A stretch of 64,000 nt of DNA from positions 816 to 64,815 of the forward strand of contig JAILZV010000001.1 of the NCBI GenBank assembly GCA_023512315.1, written 5' to 3'. The notes beneath the pieces were generated by a model that saw only the letters and a program-made list of their open reading frames with translations, was not told the origin of the DNA and searched no databases. How positions within the stretch are numbered: the stretch's first letter is position 1; the number at the start of each line of letters is the position of its first letter. A program made the position numbers and the translations under genes. Positions 27,469-37,093 of the stretch are shown here, one piece after another. This DNA is from Anoxybacillus sp. (GTDB taxonomy: Bacteria > Bacillota > Bacilli > Bacillales > Anoxybacillaceae).

Positions 27469-28800
27469 CTATATAGTTGTTGGAACTAGTGGATAGTTCA
27501 CGCTTGGTCTTCCAATCGAATGATACTCAATTTTATGTCTTTTTACGACATCTAGGTCATAACAATTTCTCCCGTCAAAAATGATTGGCTCATTCATTAA
27601 TTCCCCATACGTGTGAAGAGGAATTTCTTTAAACTCTTGCCATTCTGTAATGATGAACGCAGCATCTGCTCCTTTTAAAGCGTCCTTCACATTACTAACA
27701 TATTTCACCTCTGGAGGAAGGACTTTTTTGGCATTATCCATGGCGATAGGATCGTAAGCAAAAACGTTGGCTCCCTCTTCTATTAATTTATTTGAAATAA
27801 CAATAGATGCAGCCTCTCTCATATCATCTGTATTTGGTTTGAAAGCCAATCCTAACATAGCCACTTTTTTGCCTTTTAAACTTCCTAGCCGCTTTTTCGC
27901 TTTTTCAATAAGGATAGATTGTTGTTTGTTATTTACATTAATAACTGATTCTAGCAAATCAAATTTATGATCGACATTTCCAGCAATTTGTACGAGTGCA
28001 CGGGTATCTTTAGGAAAGCAGGAACCACCGTAGCCAATTCCAGCTTTTAAAAATTGAGTTCCAATTCTTTGGTCTAATCCCATTCCGTAAGCAACATCTT
28101 CAATATTAGCGCCAACTTTCTCACAAATATTTGATATTTCATTAATAAAGCTAATTTTTGTTGCTAAGAATGCGTTAGAAGCATATTTGATCATTTCTGC
28201 GCTGCGAATATCTGTTTTTACAACAGGAATTCCAAACGGCTTATTAATTTCTTCGATTATAGCAGCTGCTTTGTCGTTATCAGCTCCTATGACGATTCGA
28301 TCACCATGAAAAGTATCATAAATTGCTGATCCTTCCCTTAAAAACTCTGGATTTGATACTACATCGACATGAACGTTTTCTTTTTTATGAAGATTAATAA
28401 TTTCTCTAATCTTTTCGTTTGTTCCAACAGGAACTGTGCTTTTAGTGACAACAATAACATCTTCGATAATATGTTCAGCAATTTGCTTGGCAACTTGTTC
28501 AATAAAACGAAGATCGGCAGCTCCATCTTCTCTTTGCGGTGTTCCTACCGCAATATAAATGATTTGTGCGTAGCGGAATGCTTGTTGGTGGTCAGTTGTA
28601 AAATGCAGTCGCCCATTGACTATATTTTTTATCATTAACTCCTCTAATCCAGGCTCATAAATCGGCGACTTGCCTTGTTTCATCATCTCTATTTTTTTTT
28701 CGTCAATATCTACACATGTTACGTAATGACCAACATCTGATAGGCAAACTCCTGTTACTAGCCCAACATAGCCTGTACCAACAACGGTTATTTTTTTCAT
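27469..28800 (-). CDS. ugd: UDP-glucose 6-dehydrogenase
   Basis: N-terminal GTGYVGL Rossmann motif, catalytic GGSCFPKD, 443 aa. Confidence 0.9.
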   Translation of the reverse strand: MKKITVVGTGYVGLVTGVCLSDVGHYVTCVDIDEKKIEMMKQGKSPIYEPGLEELMIKNIVNGRLHFTTDHQQAFRYAQIIYIAVGTPQREDGAADLRFIEQVAKQIAEHIIEDVIVVTKSTVPVGTNEKIREIINLHKKENVHVDVVSNPEFLREGSAIYDTFHGDRIVIGADNDKAAAIIEEINKPFGIPVVKTDIRSAEMIKYASNAFLATKISFINEISNICEKVGANIEDVAYGMGLDQRIGTQFLKAGIGYGGSCFPKDTRALVQIAGNVDHKFDLLESVINVNNKQQSILIEKAKKRLGSLKGKKVAMLGLAFKPNTDDMREAASIVISNKLIEEGANVFAYDPIAMDNAKKVLPPEVKYVSNVKDALKGADAAFIITEWQEFKEIPLHTYGELMNEPIIFDGRNCYDLDVVKRHKIEYHSIGRPSVNYPLVPTTI

Positions 28801-29046
28801 TTTCGTCCAATCCTTTCTTTGATAAATTTTTGCTCTATAAAGATACGTAAATCATGTTGGCTTTTGTATGTGGATAATATAAATACAGTTGGGTGATTTA
28901 ACTTATAACTTGAAAAAGCAACGTCTCTATTTTTTTTTGACTGTCGGAGGTAAGCGCGTAGTTTGCCTTCGACATGCGTTCACATGACAGAGAACCAACC
29001 GTCGGAAACGGTGTTCAGTCTATGTCTTTAGTAAAATAATCGATAG

Positions 29047-30312
29047 TTAGCACTTATGGTCGCACTTATTTGCCACTACCCAAGCTTTTTCTTCAGATCT
29101 CAAACTGCTAATAAATTTTGCGGGAATTTCAGCAGCTTCGACGACCAAAGGTATTTTCTCTGTCAAATGTGTTTGTAATTCGTAGCGATTGTCCCAACAT
29201 TTCACGATAGTTTTGATTATGCTTTCTTCGGTTATTTCATTAATATCTAAAACAAATTCACTTAAATCAAGCAAATCCATAATACCTTTCGTTTTGTGTT
29301 CGTAGTTTATTGCAACTGTCGGGACTTTAGATGAGAGAGAAAAAATGTTTGAATGCATTCTTGTCCCAACAAACATATCCATTTTTGAATAAAAATATTT
29401 TAATTCTCTCGGATGTAAATCGTAATCTATTAGCTCAGCGTTTGTATTAGGAAGACCGTCTAAAATTTCTCGACTTATAATACGATCATCATTAAATGGA
29501 TTAGGCCCCAAAACTTGAGGCATTAGTAAAACCTTACCATAATACTTCTCCTCAATAAATTGAATGGCTGCCCGAATACTATTAATGTATTTTTTACGAT
29601 AATACGCTTTGTTGTCTACCTCAGGAAAGTTCCAATCTCGAACCGTCATTCCGATATAAGGACCATCATGTTGCTGTTTAATACTCTCGAATAGAAAATC
29701 GACACGGCTAGAAGGCTCCATCTCTAGACAAAAGGCAGAGTCTGGAACAAGGGCGATCTCTTTGTTTTGACAACCAATTCTTTCAAGCCATTGCTGTGAT
29801 ATTTCCTCTCTAATATATATTTTTGTGACTTTATCTAATATAAGTTTGGAGATTTTTCGCATAAACCGACTATAAAAAGGTCCTATCGATTGTGAATAAA
29901 TGATTACGGGTTTTTTATAATCAAGAGCCACTTTGATTTGTACAAGATGTTGCAGCAAGGCAGTGCTAAACCCATGAGATAGTAAAAATCCTCCACCGCA
30001 ACTAACCACGACATCAGCCCACTCGTAATCTTCTGACTCAGGGATATTGATAGTGTTTCCCCTTAACAGAGTTAATAATTTAATAGCTGACAATAGCTTT
30101 AAAAATTTACTTTCCTTAGGATCAATGGATACATTTGCAACGCAAGGAGCGACAGAAACATCGTATGCGTTAGTATCAATTTCAGGAAATCGACTCTTAA
30201 TTTTTATATTGCAATTAGGTATATTTTTTCTAAGTGAATCAATCATAGAGAGGATAATTCCTGCATCACCTTTATTTCTCGAAGAATGTGCGTTAACAAT
30301 TAAAATATTCAA
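29047..30312 (-). CDS. Polysaccharide pyruvyl transferase (WcaK/EpsO/CsaB superfamily)
   Basis: The N-terminus ILIVNAHSSRNKGDAGI is typical of PS_pyruv_trans. TTG start lies 6 nt after the stop of the upstream gene; the SD AAAGGATGA overlaps that stop codon. Confidence 0.75.
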   Translation of the reverse strand: MNILIVNAHSSRNKGDAGIILSMIDSLRKNIPNCNIKIKSRFPEIDTNAYDVSVAPCVANVSIDPKESKFLKLLSAIKLLTLLRGNTINIPESEDYEWADVVVSCGGGFLLSHGFSTALLQHLVQIKVALDYKKPVIIYSQSIGPFYSRFMRKISKLILDKVTKIYIREEISQQWLERIGCQNKEIALVPDSAFCLEMEPSSRVDFLFESIKQQHDGPYIGMTVRDWNFPEVDNKAYYRKKYINSIRAAIQFIEEKYYGKVLLMPQVLGPNPFNDDRIISREILDGLPNTNAELIDYDLHPRELKYFYSKMDMFVGTRMHSNIFSLSSKVPTVAINYEHKTKGIMDLLDLSEFVLDINEITEESIIKTIVKCWDNRYELQTHLTEKIPLVVEAAEIPAKFISSLRSEEKAWVVANKCDHKC

Positions 30313-30318
30313 TGTATA

Positions 30319-31881
30319 TCATCCTTTTCCTGTTTTTGGTATAACAGTGTTTCTAAGAAAAGAGATAAGTACTTCAACTTTAAATAATAATAGAAATAGT
30401 ATAAATATTAAACAATAACTTGCACAGCAAATAATTAAAATAATAGATTTTATGGAAAAACTATCAGATATATCGAAAGCGAATGCCCAAATACTTTTAG
30501 TAAAAATGAAAATAATTGTTGACAAAATAGCAGAAATAGCAATTTTTAAGACACTCATATAAAATGGTTTTGAATTCCAAATATCAGGAACTATTTTGTT
30601 AAGTTTTATACCTATTGCAACAGATGAAAAAATCATTGCCATGGAAAGGGATAATCCTAGGCCAGAGAGCCCCATCAATTTCACGAAAAGGAAACTTAAC
30701 ATCATGTTTAAGATGAGACCTGCAATAATAATTTTTGTTGGAGACTTGGTATCTCCGAACGCATAAAATGTTCGAATGATAATGTCACGAAGTCCCGCTC
30801 CTAAAATTGCGAAAGAACTATAAAAGAAAATCCTAGATGTTAAGAGTGTAGCTTCTTTTCCAAATTCTCCTCTTTCAAATAATATTTCAATAATCTCTCG
30901 GCTAAATAGCATAAAGATACATGTTAGAGGGGCGAGTAATAAAAGAACAATTAGAACACTTTCACGTGTAACATGCCCTACTTCTTTTAAACTGTTTTCA
31001 TGGGCTAGCCTAGAGATTTTTGGAGCTGTAACGGAAATGACACTTGTTACAAAAATACCAAGAATTAATGTTCTTAGTTTATACGAATACATTAAAGCCG
31101 AGATGCTACCTTCTTGTAAGGTAGAAGCAAGGAAGCGATCAACTACAGCATTTAGTTGGCTAAATGCTGTGCTAATTAAAATTGGAAAGAGAAGCACCAT
31201 GAATTCTTTTGTTGTAGGATCAAAAAAATTCGATGTCCGAAACCGATATCCAAATGTTCTTAGATAAATATACAAAATAATAAATTGAATTAAAAAAGAA
31301 AAAAGAGTTACATAGGAAACACTAGTGATTCCAAATGAATCGCCAATAAATAACAAATAAAGAATGAGCAATAAATTATTAGGCAAAATGCTTGCGGTTG
31401 GAATAAAATAGCAGTCAAAACTGTTTAGCATAACAGTATAAAGCTGGATTGCTATTACAATAAAAACGAGAGGGAACAAAATTTTTAACATCTCCACTGC
31501 TAAAGTTTTTCCTTGTGAGCTCATTCCCGGTGCTATTAGCGACACAAATAGATCACCTTTAATAATTACTAATAAGTATACAAAAGTTGAGAGACTGAAA
31601 AAAAGGAATAAAATCCGATTCGAAAATATAAACGCAGCGTGTCTATCATTAGCATATTTAATAAACATCGGTAAAAACACGCTGCTTAAACTTATGGAAA
31701 AAGTAATAGCCAAGGTGGAAGGAGTCAGTGCCACAAAATAAGCATCTGACTCTACCGATGTTCCAAAATGATAAGCAATGAACGTTTCTCTTAGAAATCC
31801 GAGTATTTTACTAATAAATGTTACAAGGAAAATGAAGGTGCCGGCTTTTACTAATTTATTTGACATCTCGATATACCTCAT
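30319..31881 (-). CDS. MurJ/MviN-like MOP-superfamily flippase
   Basis: About 14 predicted TM segments. N-terminal LGFLRETFIAYHFGTSVESDAYFVA resembles the MurJ signature. ATGA overlap with the upstream gene. Confidence 0.75.
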   Translation of the reverse strand: MRYIEMSNKLVKAGTFIFLVTFISKILGFLRETFIAYHFGTSVESDAYFVALTPSTLAITFSISLSSVFLPMFIKYANDRHAAFIFSNRILFLFFSLSTFVYLLVIIKGDLFVSLIAPGMSSQGKTLAVEMLKILFPLVFIVIAIQLYTVMLNSFDCYFIPTASILPNNLLLILYLLFIGDSFGITSVSYVTLFSFLIQFIILYIYLRTFGYRFRTSNFFDPTTKEFMVLLFPILISTAFSQLNAVVDRFLASTLQEGSISALMYSYKLRTLILGIFVTSVISVTAPKISRLAHENSLKEVGHVTRESVLIVLLLLAPLTCIFMLFSREIIEILFERGEFGKEATLLTSRIFFYSSFAILGAGLRDIIIRTFYAFGDTKSPTKIIIAGLILNMMLSFLFVKLMGLSGLGLSLSMAMIFSSVAIGIKLNKIVPDIWNSKPFYMSVLKIAISAILSTIIFIFTKSIWAFAFDISDSFSIKSIILIICCASYCLIFILFLLLFKVEVLISFLRNTVIPKTGKG

Positions 31882-32372
31882 TTTATTCCTTTATTTAGTT
31901 CTTCTAAATAATCATCGATGGAACTTAGTAGCTGATTGTTGTCGAACGTATAGTCTGCGTATCGTTTATGTTTGACGATTTGTATTTTCATTCCGAGTTC
32001 TTTAATATCGTAGACCGGCTCGATCCAATTCTTCATGGCAAATAATTGAGCAATTTCTAGCTGATGATCATCGACATGTTCTTTGAATTTAGCCATTCTA
32101 GGCACCACAATAACTTTTTTTCTATACTTTAGGCATTTGATAATGGAACTTGTCCCACTATGTGTAATCACAAGAGTACTTGCTTGTAGGTATTGATCCA
32201 TTTCTTCTGAACTAATGAACGGAAATGTTTCGAAGTTTTTAGGAATATATTCTGTATAGCCGATTTGGGCAATAATTTTTTCTTTAATGACTCCTGTTTC
32301 TACAAGGTAATCCAACTCTTTGAAAAGACGGTCGAATGGAAATCGTTGTGTACCTACTGTTACCAAAATCAA
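31878..32372 (-). CDS. Alg13-like glycosyltransferase catalytic subunit (Glyco_tran_28_C, Cps14G-type)
   Basis: ILVTVGTQRFPFDRL N-terminus. TTG start at 32372 after SD CGAGGTG, overlapping the upstream stop as TTGA. The track start at 32426 would overlap the upstream gene by 58 nt. Confidence 0.75.
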   Translation of the reverse strand: MILVTVGTQRFPFDRLFKELDYLVETGVIKEKIIAQIGYTEYIPKNFETFPFISSEEMDQYLQASTLVITHSGTSSIIKCLKYRKKVIVVPRMAKFKEHVDDHQLEIAQLFAMKNWIEPVYDIKELGMKIQIVKHKRYADYTFDNNQLLSSIDDYLEELNKGIK

Positions 32373-32854
32373 TATATAACACCTCGATATTTTGCTTTTG
32401 GATAATATTTTTGCAATTCCTCCCATTGAATATAGAACTGATCAGCGAATTTATATATAATTCGTCCAGTTAATGTTGGAGAGGAGATTTTAGCGAAACT
32501 TTCAATAAATACGATTTTTTTTCTGAGAATTTTCCCTAGTATACACATTGGGAGAACGGAACCAGCACCGGTTGTAATAATAACATCCGGTTTTTCTTTT
32601 AATAGAATAAAAAACGATTTAACGGTATTACTACATAGCTGAAAAAGAAAGGATAAATTTTTTCTTTCTTGTTGTGTTAAAAAGTACGTTCTATACTTAT
32701 TGCTTAATGATAAATTTGTTTTATTTTTTTCTGTGACAAGGAAATAATTATACTTTTGGACAACAGGAACAAGTTGCAGTAGCTGCGCTAAATGCCCTCC
32801 TGTAGAACTGATTAAACAAACTTTTAATTTTCTTTCCATCTTCAATGTAATCAC
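32369..32854 (-). CDS. Alg14-like membrane-anchor subunit (Cps14F-type)
   Basis: LISSTGGHLAQL motif and N-terminal anchor. The start is GTG 32854 (GTGA overlap) or ATG 32839. Confidence 0.7.
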   Translation of the reverse strand: MITLKMERKLKVCLISSTGGHLAQLLQLVPVVQKYNYFLVTEKNKTNLSLSNKYRTYFLTQQERKNLSFLFQLCSNTVKSFFILLKEKPDVIITTGAGSVLPMCILGKILRKKIVFIESFAKISSPTLTGRIIYKFADQFYIQWEELQKYYPKAKYRGVIY

Positions 32855-35277
32855 CTAATTTTTTTAATAAGATTGTTATACAACTTTTCTAAATCACGCA
32901 GTAAAACGTCTAAATCGAACTTTTCTTTAATCTTTTGTTTATTATTCATCCCTATTCTTTCTCTAACGTTTTTGTCAACAATAATCTTTTCTATTGCTGA
33001 AGCTAGTTCTTTGATATCACCTGGCTGAACTAAAAAACCGTTCTCTTCATTTTTTATAACTTCAGGAATGCCACCTACTGGCGTACTGATAACTGGGAGG
33101 CCAAAATCCATAGCTTCTAGAATAGCCATAGGCAATCCCTCATTATAAGAAGGTAATACAAAAAGATCAGCTTTTTGTAATAGTGATAGTTTTTGTTCCC
33201 CGCTAATCCATCCTAACGTTTCTACATAATCACCGAGATTATAGTCTTTAATACACTGTTGGATATTTTCGATTTCTCCGTCTCCAGCTAATAGAAACTT
33301 CGCTTTTAATCCTTTATCTTTTATTATTCGAATTGCTTCGATTAAATCATATGTTCCTTTTCTTTTTCCTAACCTTCCTAAAAATAAACAAATCGGGATG
33401 TCATTCATCCTACTTGGTGAGGAACCAGAAATTTTAACTCCATTATATAAAATTTGTATCTTCTCTTTTTTTACAATTTCGCTAAAATAATTTTCCCATT
33501 CTTTAGATAAAACGATTAATTTATCGGCTTTATTTAAAATATATTTAACATAGTTTCTTTGAATAGTGCTTAAACTTTTATAAAAATCTTTAAAACTTGA
33601 GCCGTGAACGTGTATAATAGTCGGGACTTTCAATATTTTCGCGAGTAAAACAAATAATGATTTTCTATAAAAACTCCCTTTGTAAGACATATGGATATGA
33701 ATAATATCTGGTCTCTTATTCAGGAGTTTATAGAGAAAGGTAAATAATCCTTTTAGAAAAATCTTGATTTTTTCAACTTTGCTTCCTGCAATGTATGTTT
33801 CCACCATATCCAACTCGAATTTTTCAGCAATAAAAGAATTACGGATATTATTGATGACTGTTACTATTCCGCCTTTGTCTCGCAAAGAGGAGCCGATTAC
33901 TAAAACTGTTGCTCTCATATGTCCTCCTTTTGCACTTGTATATTGTTCGGCTAGCGAAAAACATATACCAAGTACTGTGAATATAAACAAATATTGCGGA
34001 CCACTATTGTAAATTTGTTCTCCGAGAGATTCGATAAAACTTTGGATAATAATGAGCAGTCCAAAAAAAAGGAAAACTTTAACTTCCTTGTTTCCTACCT
34101 GTTTATACGCCTTGTATATGACAACAAAATAGAAAACAAAGATACTTACTAATAAGAATGCACCGAAAAAACCTACTTCTCCTAAAATAGAAGGCCAGTA
34201 CGTATCAGTCGCCCATTTTGGATCTTTTGAATATAGACCATATATTTTGTCTAAATCATATTTCAAATATACAGGACTGTAATATTCACGGGCTGTCCAG
34301 CTCCCATAACGTCCAAACCCCACCCCAAAAGGGAACTCTTTATACGCGATAATAAATCCGAATATGTAAAGAGCTTTTCTTGCAGATTGAGTATAGTCTA
34401 TAGCAATGTATCGTTGAAAGGTGAGTACCGTTAAATATATTGCAACGATACTAAAACAACCGATTACTAAACTTCCAATGACAAGAAAAAGAGGTTTGTT
34501 TTTGTATTTTTTTAGCAAATTAGGCTGGGAACCTTCTACTAATGAAAAAATAGAGTTTACTATTACACCTAATATTGTTTTGAACCGAAAAGAAAGCAGA
34601 GAAGCAGTGAATGCACCTAAGGTCAACAGTCCTATTTTCTTTTTGTTCTTTATTTTATACATCGCTAGGAAATAGAGTCCAACAAATCCCATATACCAAC
34701 CATATACTCCGGGATGGATAAATAGAGATTGAACACTCACTATTCCCATGCGAATATCTATTTTTCCATTTGTATCAAGCAAATATCGTAGCTGTTTATA
34801 AAACAAAAGGTCGATAGCTGCGAAAATTACAATGACAAAGGTTACAATTTTAAAAATATCAATTATTTTTTCTAAGTCTTTTCCTGTAAAGGAAAGATAA
34901 CGAGCAATATAAAATATGAAAAAGCCTTTGAACATTAAAAGAGCCCCTTGAATCATAATATTCAAAGGAACTTCATGAATACTACTTGAGATTAACCCTA
35001 ATAGAAAAATTAAAGATAAAGCGAATAAAGCGTAATCGATTTTCCACTTTTCCTTAGAAAACATCCGAACTAAAAGAAAGGGAAATCCTAATAAAATAAA
35101 TAATTCGTCCAAATAATTGAATGCTTGTCCAATTACCGAATTAATACGTCGTGCACTAGTCACTAAAAGGTCTTGGAATAAGAGAATAATAAGTATATAT
35201 GGAAAAAATCTTTTCACTTTCGAAGGATTTTGATAGAACATTATCAATTTTTTTCCTGCATCTTTGAATCGCAACAT
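32851..35277 (-). CDS. Fusion of a Wzy/O-antigen-ligase-like polymerase (aa 1-~445, multi-TM) with a GT4 glycosyltransferase (aa 454-808)
   Basis: The N-terminal half has ~10-12 TM segments with PFGVGFGRYGSW. The C-terminal half has GT4 motifs (EGLPMAILEAMDFGLPVISTPVGGIPEV). AAGGAGG plus ATG is retained at the junction (ATG 33918-33916). SD GAGAGGAG precedes ATG 35277. Confidence 0.75.
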   Translation of the reverse strand: MLRFKDAGKKLIMFYQNPSKVKRFFPYILIILLFQDLLVTSARRINSVIGQAFNYLDELFILLGFPFLLVRMFSKEKWKIDYALFALSLIFLLGLISSSIHEVPLNIMIQGALLMFKGFFIFYIARYLSFTGKDLEKIIDIFKIVTFVIVIFAAIDLLFYKQLRYLLDTNGKIDIRMGIVSVQSLFIHPGVYGWYMGFVGLYFLAMYKIKNKKKIGLLTLGAFTASLLSFRFKTILGVIVNSIFSLVEGSQPNLLKKYKNKPLFLVIGSLVIGCFSIVAIYLTVLTFQRYIAIDYTQSARKALYIFGFIIAYKEFPFGVGFGRYGSWTAREYYSPVYLKYDLDKIYGLYSKDPKWATDTYWPSILGEVGFFGAFLLVSIFVFYFVVIYKAYKQVGNKEVKVFLFFGLLIIIQSFIESLGEQIYNSGPQYLFIFTVLGICFSLAEQYTSAKGGHMRATVLVIGSSLRDKGGIVTVINNIRNSFIAEKFELDMVETYIAGSKVEKIKIFLKGLFTFLYKLLNKRPDIIHIHMSYKGSFYRKSLFVLLAKILKVPTIIHVHGSSFKDFYKSLSTIQRNYVKYILNKADKLIVLSKEWENYFSEIVKKEKIQILYNGVKISGSSPSRMNDIPICLFLGRLGKRKGTYDLIEAIRIIKDKGLKAKFLLAGDGEIENIQQCIKDYNLGDYVETLGWISGEQKLSLLQKADLFVLPSYNEGLPMAILEAMDFGLPVISTPVGGIPEVIKNEENGFLVQPGDIKELASAIEKIIVDKNVRERIGMNNKQKIKEKFDLDVLLRDLEKLYNNLIKKIR

Positions 35278-35300
35278 AAAAATACTCCTCTCTAACTAAC

Positions 35301-35975
35301 TTAATAAGCATCGTCTCTAGGAGTTATAAAAATTATTATCGTTTTAAACAATATTTTCAAATCTAACCAAATGCTTCGATTTAAAATATAAGTTAAATCC
35401 AATTCAACCATCTCTCTAAATCCTAGCTTGCTTCTCCCACTTACTTGCCATAGACCTGTACAGCCAGGAACAACTAATAAGCGCTGTTTATCGTATTCAC
35501 TATATTCTTTAACTTCTCGTGGAAGTGGTGGACGGGGGCCCACTAAGCTCATCTCCCCCTTTAAAACATTTAATAGCTGAGGGAGTTCATCAATGCTTGT
35601 CTTCCTAATAAATTTTCCTATTTTTGTTATACGAGGATCGTTTTTCATTTTGAACATCGGTCCTTGAACTTCGTTTTTATCTAATAATTTTTCCAAAAGT
35701 GCTTCTGCATTTGTGACCATAGAACGAAATTTGTACATGTAAAATTCTTGCCCGTTCTTTCCTACCCGCTTTTGTTTAAAAAATACGGGACCTTTTGGAT
35801 CCTCTAGTTTGATTAAAATTGATACTGCGACAAAAAGAGGAATTAGTAGAATAAGTCCAGTAAATGCCCCGATGATATCTATTGTTCTTTTTAAAAATAA
35901 ATAGGACTTTTTCTCTTGTTCTATATTTTTGGGTATACTATGAATAGCATATTTATTGCTTAGAGCAGCCTTCAT
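35301..35975 (-). CDS. Undecaprenyl-phosphate sugar phosphotransferase (bacterial sugar transferase, EpsL/WbaP C-terminal type), the priming enzyme
   Basis: One N-terminal TM segment, then KRVGKNGQEFYMYKFRSM..DELPQL.NVLKGEMSLVGPRP. SD AAGGAGG. Confidence 0.9.
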   Translation of the reverse strand: MKAALSNKYAIHSIPKNIEQEKKSYLFLKRTIDIIGAFTGLILLIPLFVAVSILIKLEDPKGPVFFKQKRVGKNGQEFYMYKFRSMVTNAEALLEKLLDKNEVQGPMFKMKNDPRITKIGKFIRKTSIDELPQLLNVLKGEMSLVGPRPPLPREVKEYSEYDKQRLLVVPGCTGLWQVSGRSKLGFREMVELDLTYILNRSIWLDLKILFKTIIIFITPRDDAY

Positions 35976-36445
35976 TGTTTTATGCCTCCTTTTATGTATG
36001 GTATGTAGATGTTTCCCTTAGTGTAAATTTGCAGATTATTTGCTTTACTCATTAGATAATTATTCCAGGTTAAAATACACTTACAAAATCAGAAGTACAG
36101 ACTTTACATGGGGTGGCGGATATGTCAAGCCACCAAACGGTTTTTCTGTAAACAGAAGGGGGGGATTGTGCACAATACTTCAGATTTTTGTTGGATTAAC
36201 GCGCAAAAAACATTTGAATTTGCAAAAAAATGGATGAAATAACGAGCTAATTTACAGGTTATGTAGTCTTCTAGTTGCATTTGCACCATTAGGTACTAAT
36301 ACTATGGTAACGAATACTGAGAAGGATGTTAAGTTTAAATTTATGGGTATACTATAAAAAATTCATTACGCAAAACCGTTTCACCTATCTTCTTTAATAA
36401 TCAGGACTTTTAGATTAAGTCCATATCAAATATCACCAGCTCATA

Positions 36446-36520
36446 TGTTATAATCATTCAACGAATAATTATTATAACACAAATTTGTATTTTTGTGTTA
36501 TAAAGGTTTTGTGTTATATC
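36446..36520. promoter_or_regulatory. Divergent promoter/operator region: a perfect 12-bp inverted repeat plus two further TGTTATA copies
   Basis: TTATAACACAAA (36472-36483), 8 nt, TTTGTGTTATAA (36492-36503). TTTGTGTTATA occurs again at 36508-36518. TGTTATAAT is at 36446-36454. Each arm reads TGnTATAA, like an extended -10, in the outward direction. Confidence 0.55.
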
Positions 36521-36605
36521 ATCGATTAACAAACGCAGCTTACAGGTGATTAAGAAATAAAGGATAGTGATGGTGTCTTTACTAAACAAAGAAAGGGGAA
36601 AAAAT

Positions 36606-37061
36606 ATGAAAGAAGTTATTAAATTAATTGTAGATTTTATCAACGCGATTCATGATATTGTACTAATGACGTCTGAAGAATTAGGTTTTCGTGTGACGGA
36701 CAAAGAACTCCATTTATGGATTATTGGGGTGTTAGGGATGGTGCTTTTCTTTTTAGTACATGCACTATTTAAGGTGATATCTCAATGGACGATAACTTCT
36801 ATATCTTTCATTTATACATTTACAGTTTTGGTGGTTATTGTGTTTGCTATTGAAATTGAACAGAAAGTTACTGGTAGAGGCCAGATGGAATTTACAGATG
36901 CTGTAATCGGTTTATATGGATTTGTTGTTTTTTTCACTATATATTCAGTGGGAAGAGCGATAATTAAACTACTTTTTTCGTTGCTGATTAAAACTAAGCG
37001 AGAAGAAAATGAGGAACGTGAGGAAAAAAAACGTTCGAGATATCGCGGTTACTATCATTGA
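36606..37061 (+). CDS. Small membrane protein, possibly VanZ-like, with a highly charged C-terminal tail
   Basis: Three to four TM segments. EIEQKVTGRGQMEFTDAVIG resembles the VanZ E..Q...R...D motif. ATG 36606 after GAAAGGGG. Confidence 0.5.
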   Translation: MKEVIKLIVDFINAIHDIVLMTSEELGFRVTDKELHLWIIGVLGMVLFFLVHALFKVISQWTITSISFIYTFTVLVVIVFAIEIEQKVTGRGQMEFTDAVIGLYGFVVFFTIYSVGRAIIKLLFSLLIKTKREENEEREEKKRSRYRGYYH

Positions 37062-37087
37062 AACAAGGGGATGTATCCCCTGTTTCA
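37061..37087 (+). terminator. Terminator-like hairpin
   Basis: AACAAGGGGA-TGTA-TCCCCTGTTT. Confidence 0.5.
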
Positions 37088-37093
37088 ATGAAT

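Noticed and set aside
28692-28700. Homopolymer tracts inside coding regions (A9 in ugd, A8 in pflA at 9171-9178) as phase-variation switches
   Set aside because: They encode Lys-Lys in conserved positions. Such runs are expected in AT-rich or Lys-rich genes, and there is no evidence of frameshifted alleles in the window.
36040-36237. 65-aa ORF in the polysaccharide operon leader
   Set aside because: It has no SD, lies antisense to the leader, and has no recognisable family.
35976-36465. ops/JUMPstart (GGCGGTAG) element in the polysaccharide operon leader
   Set aside because: The only resemblance (GGCGGATA at ~36113) is on the wrong strand and mismatched.
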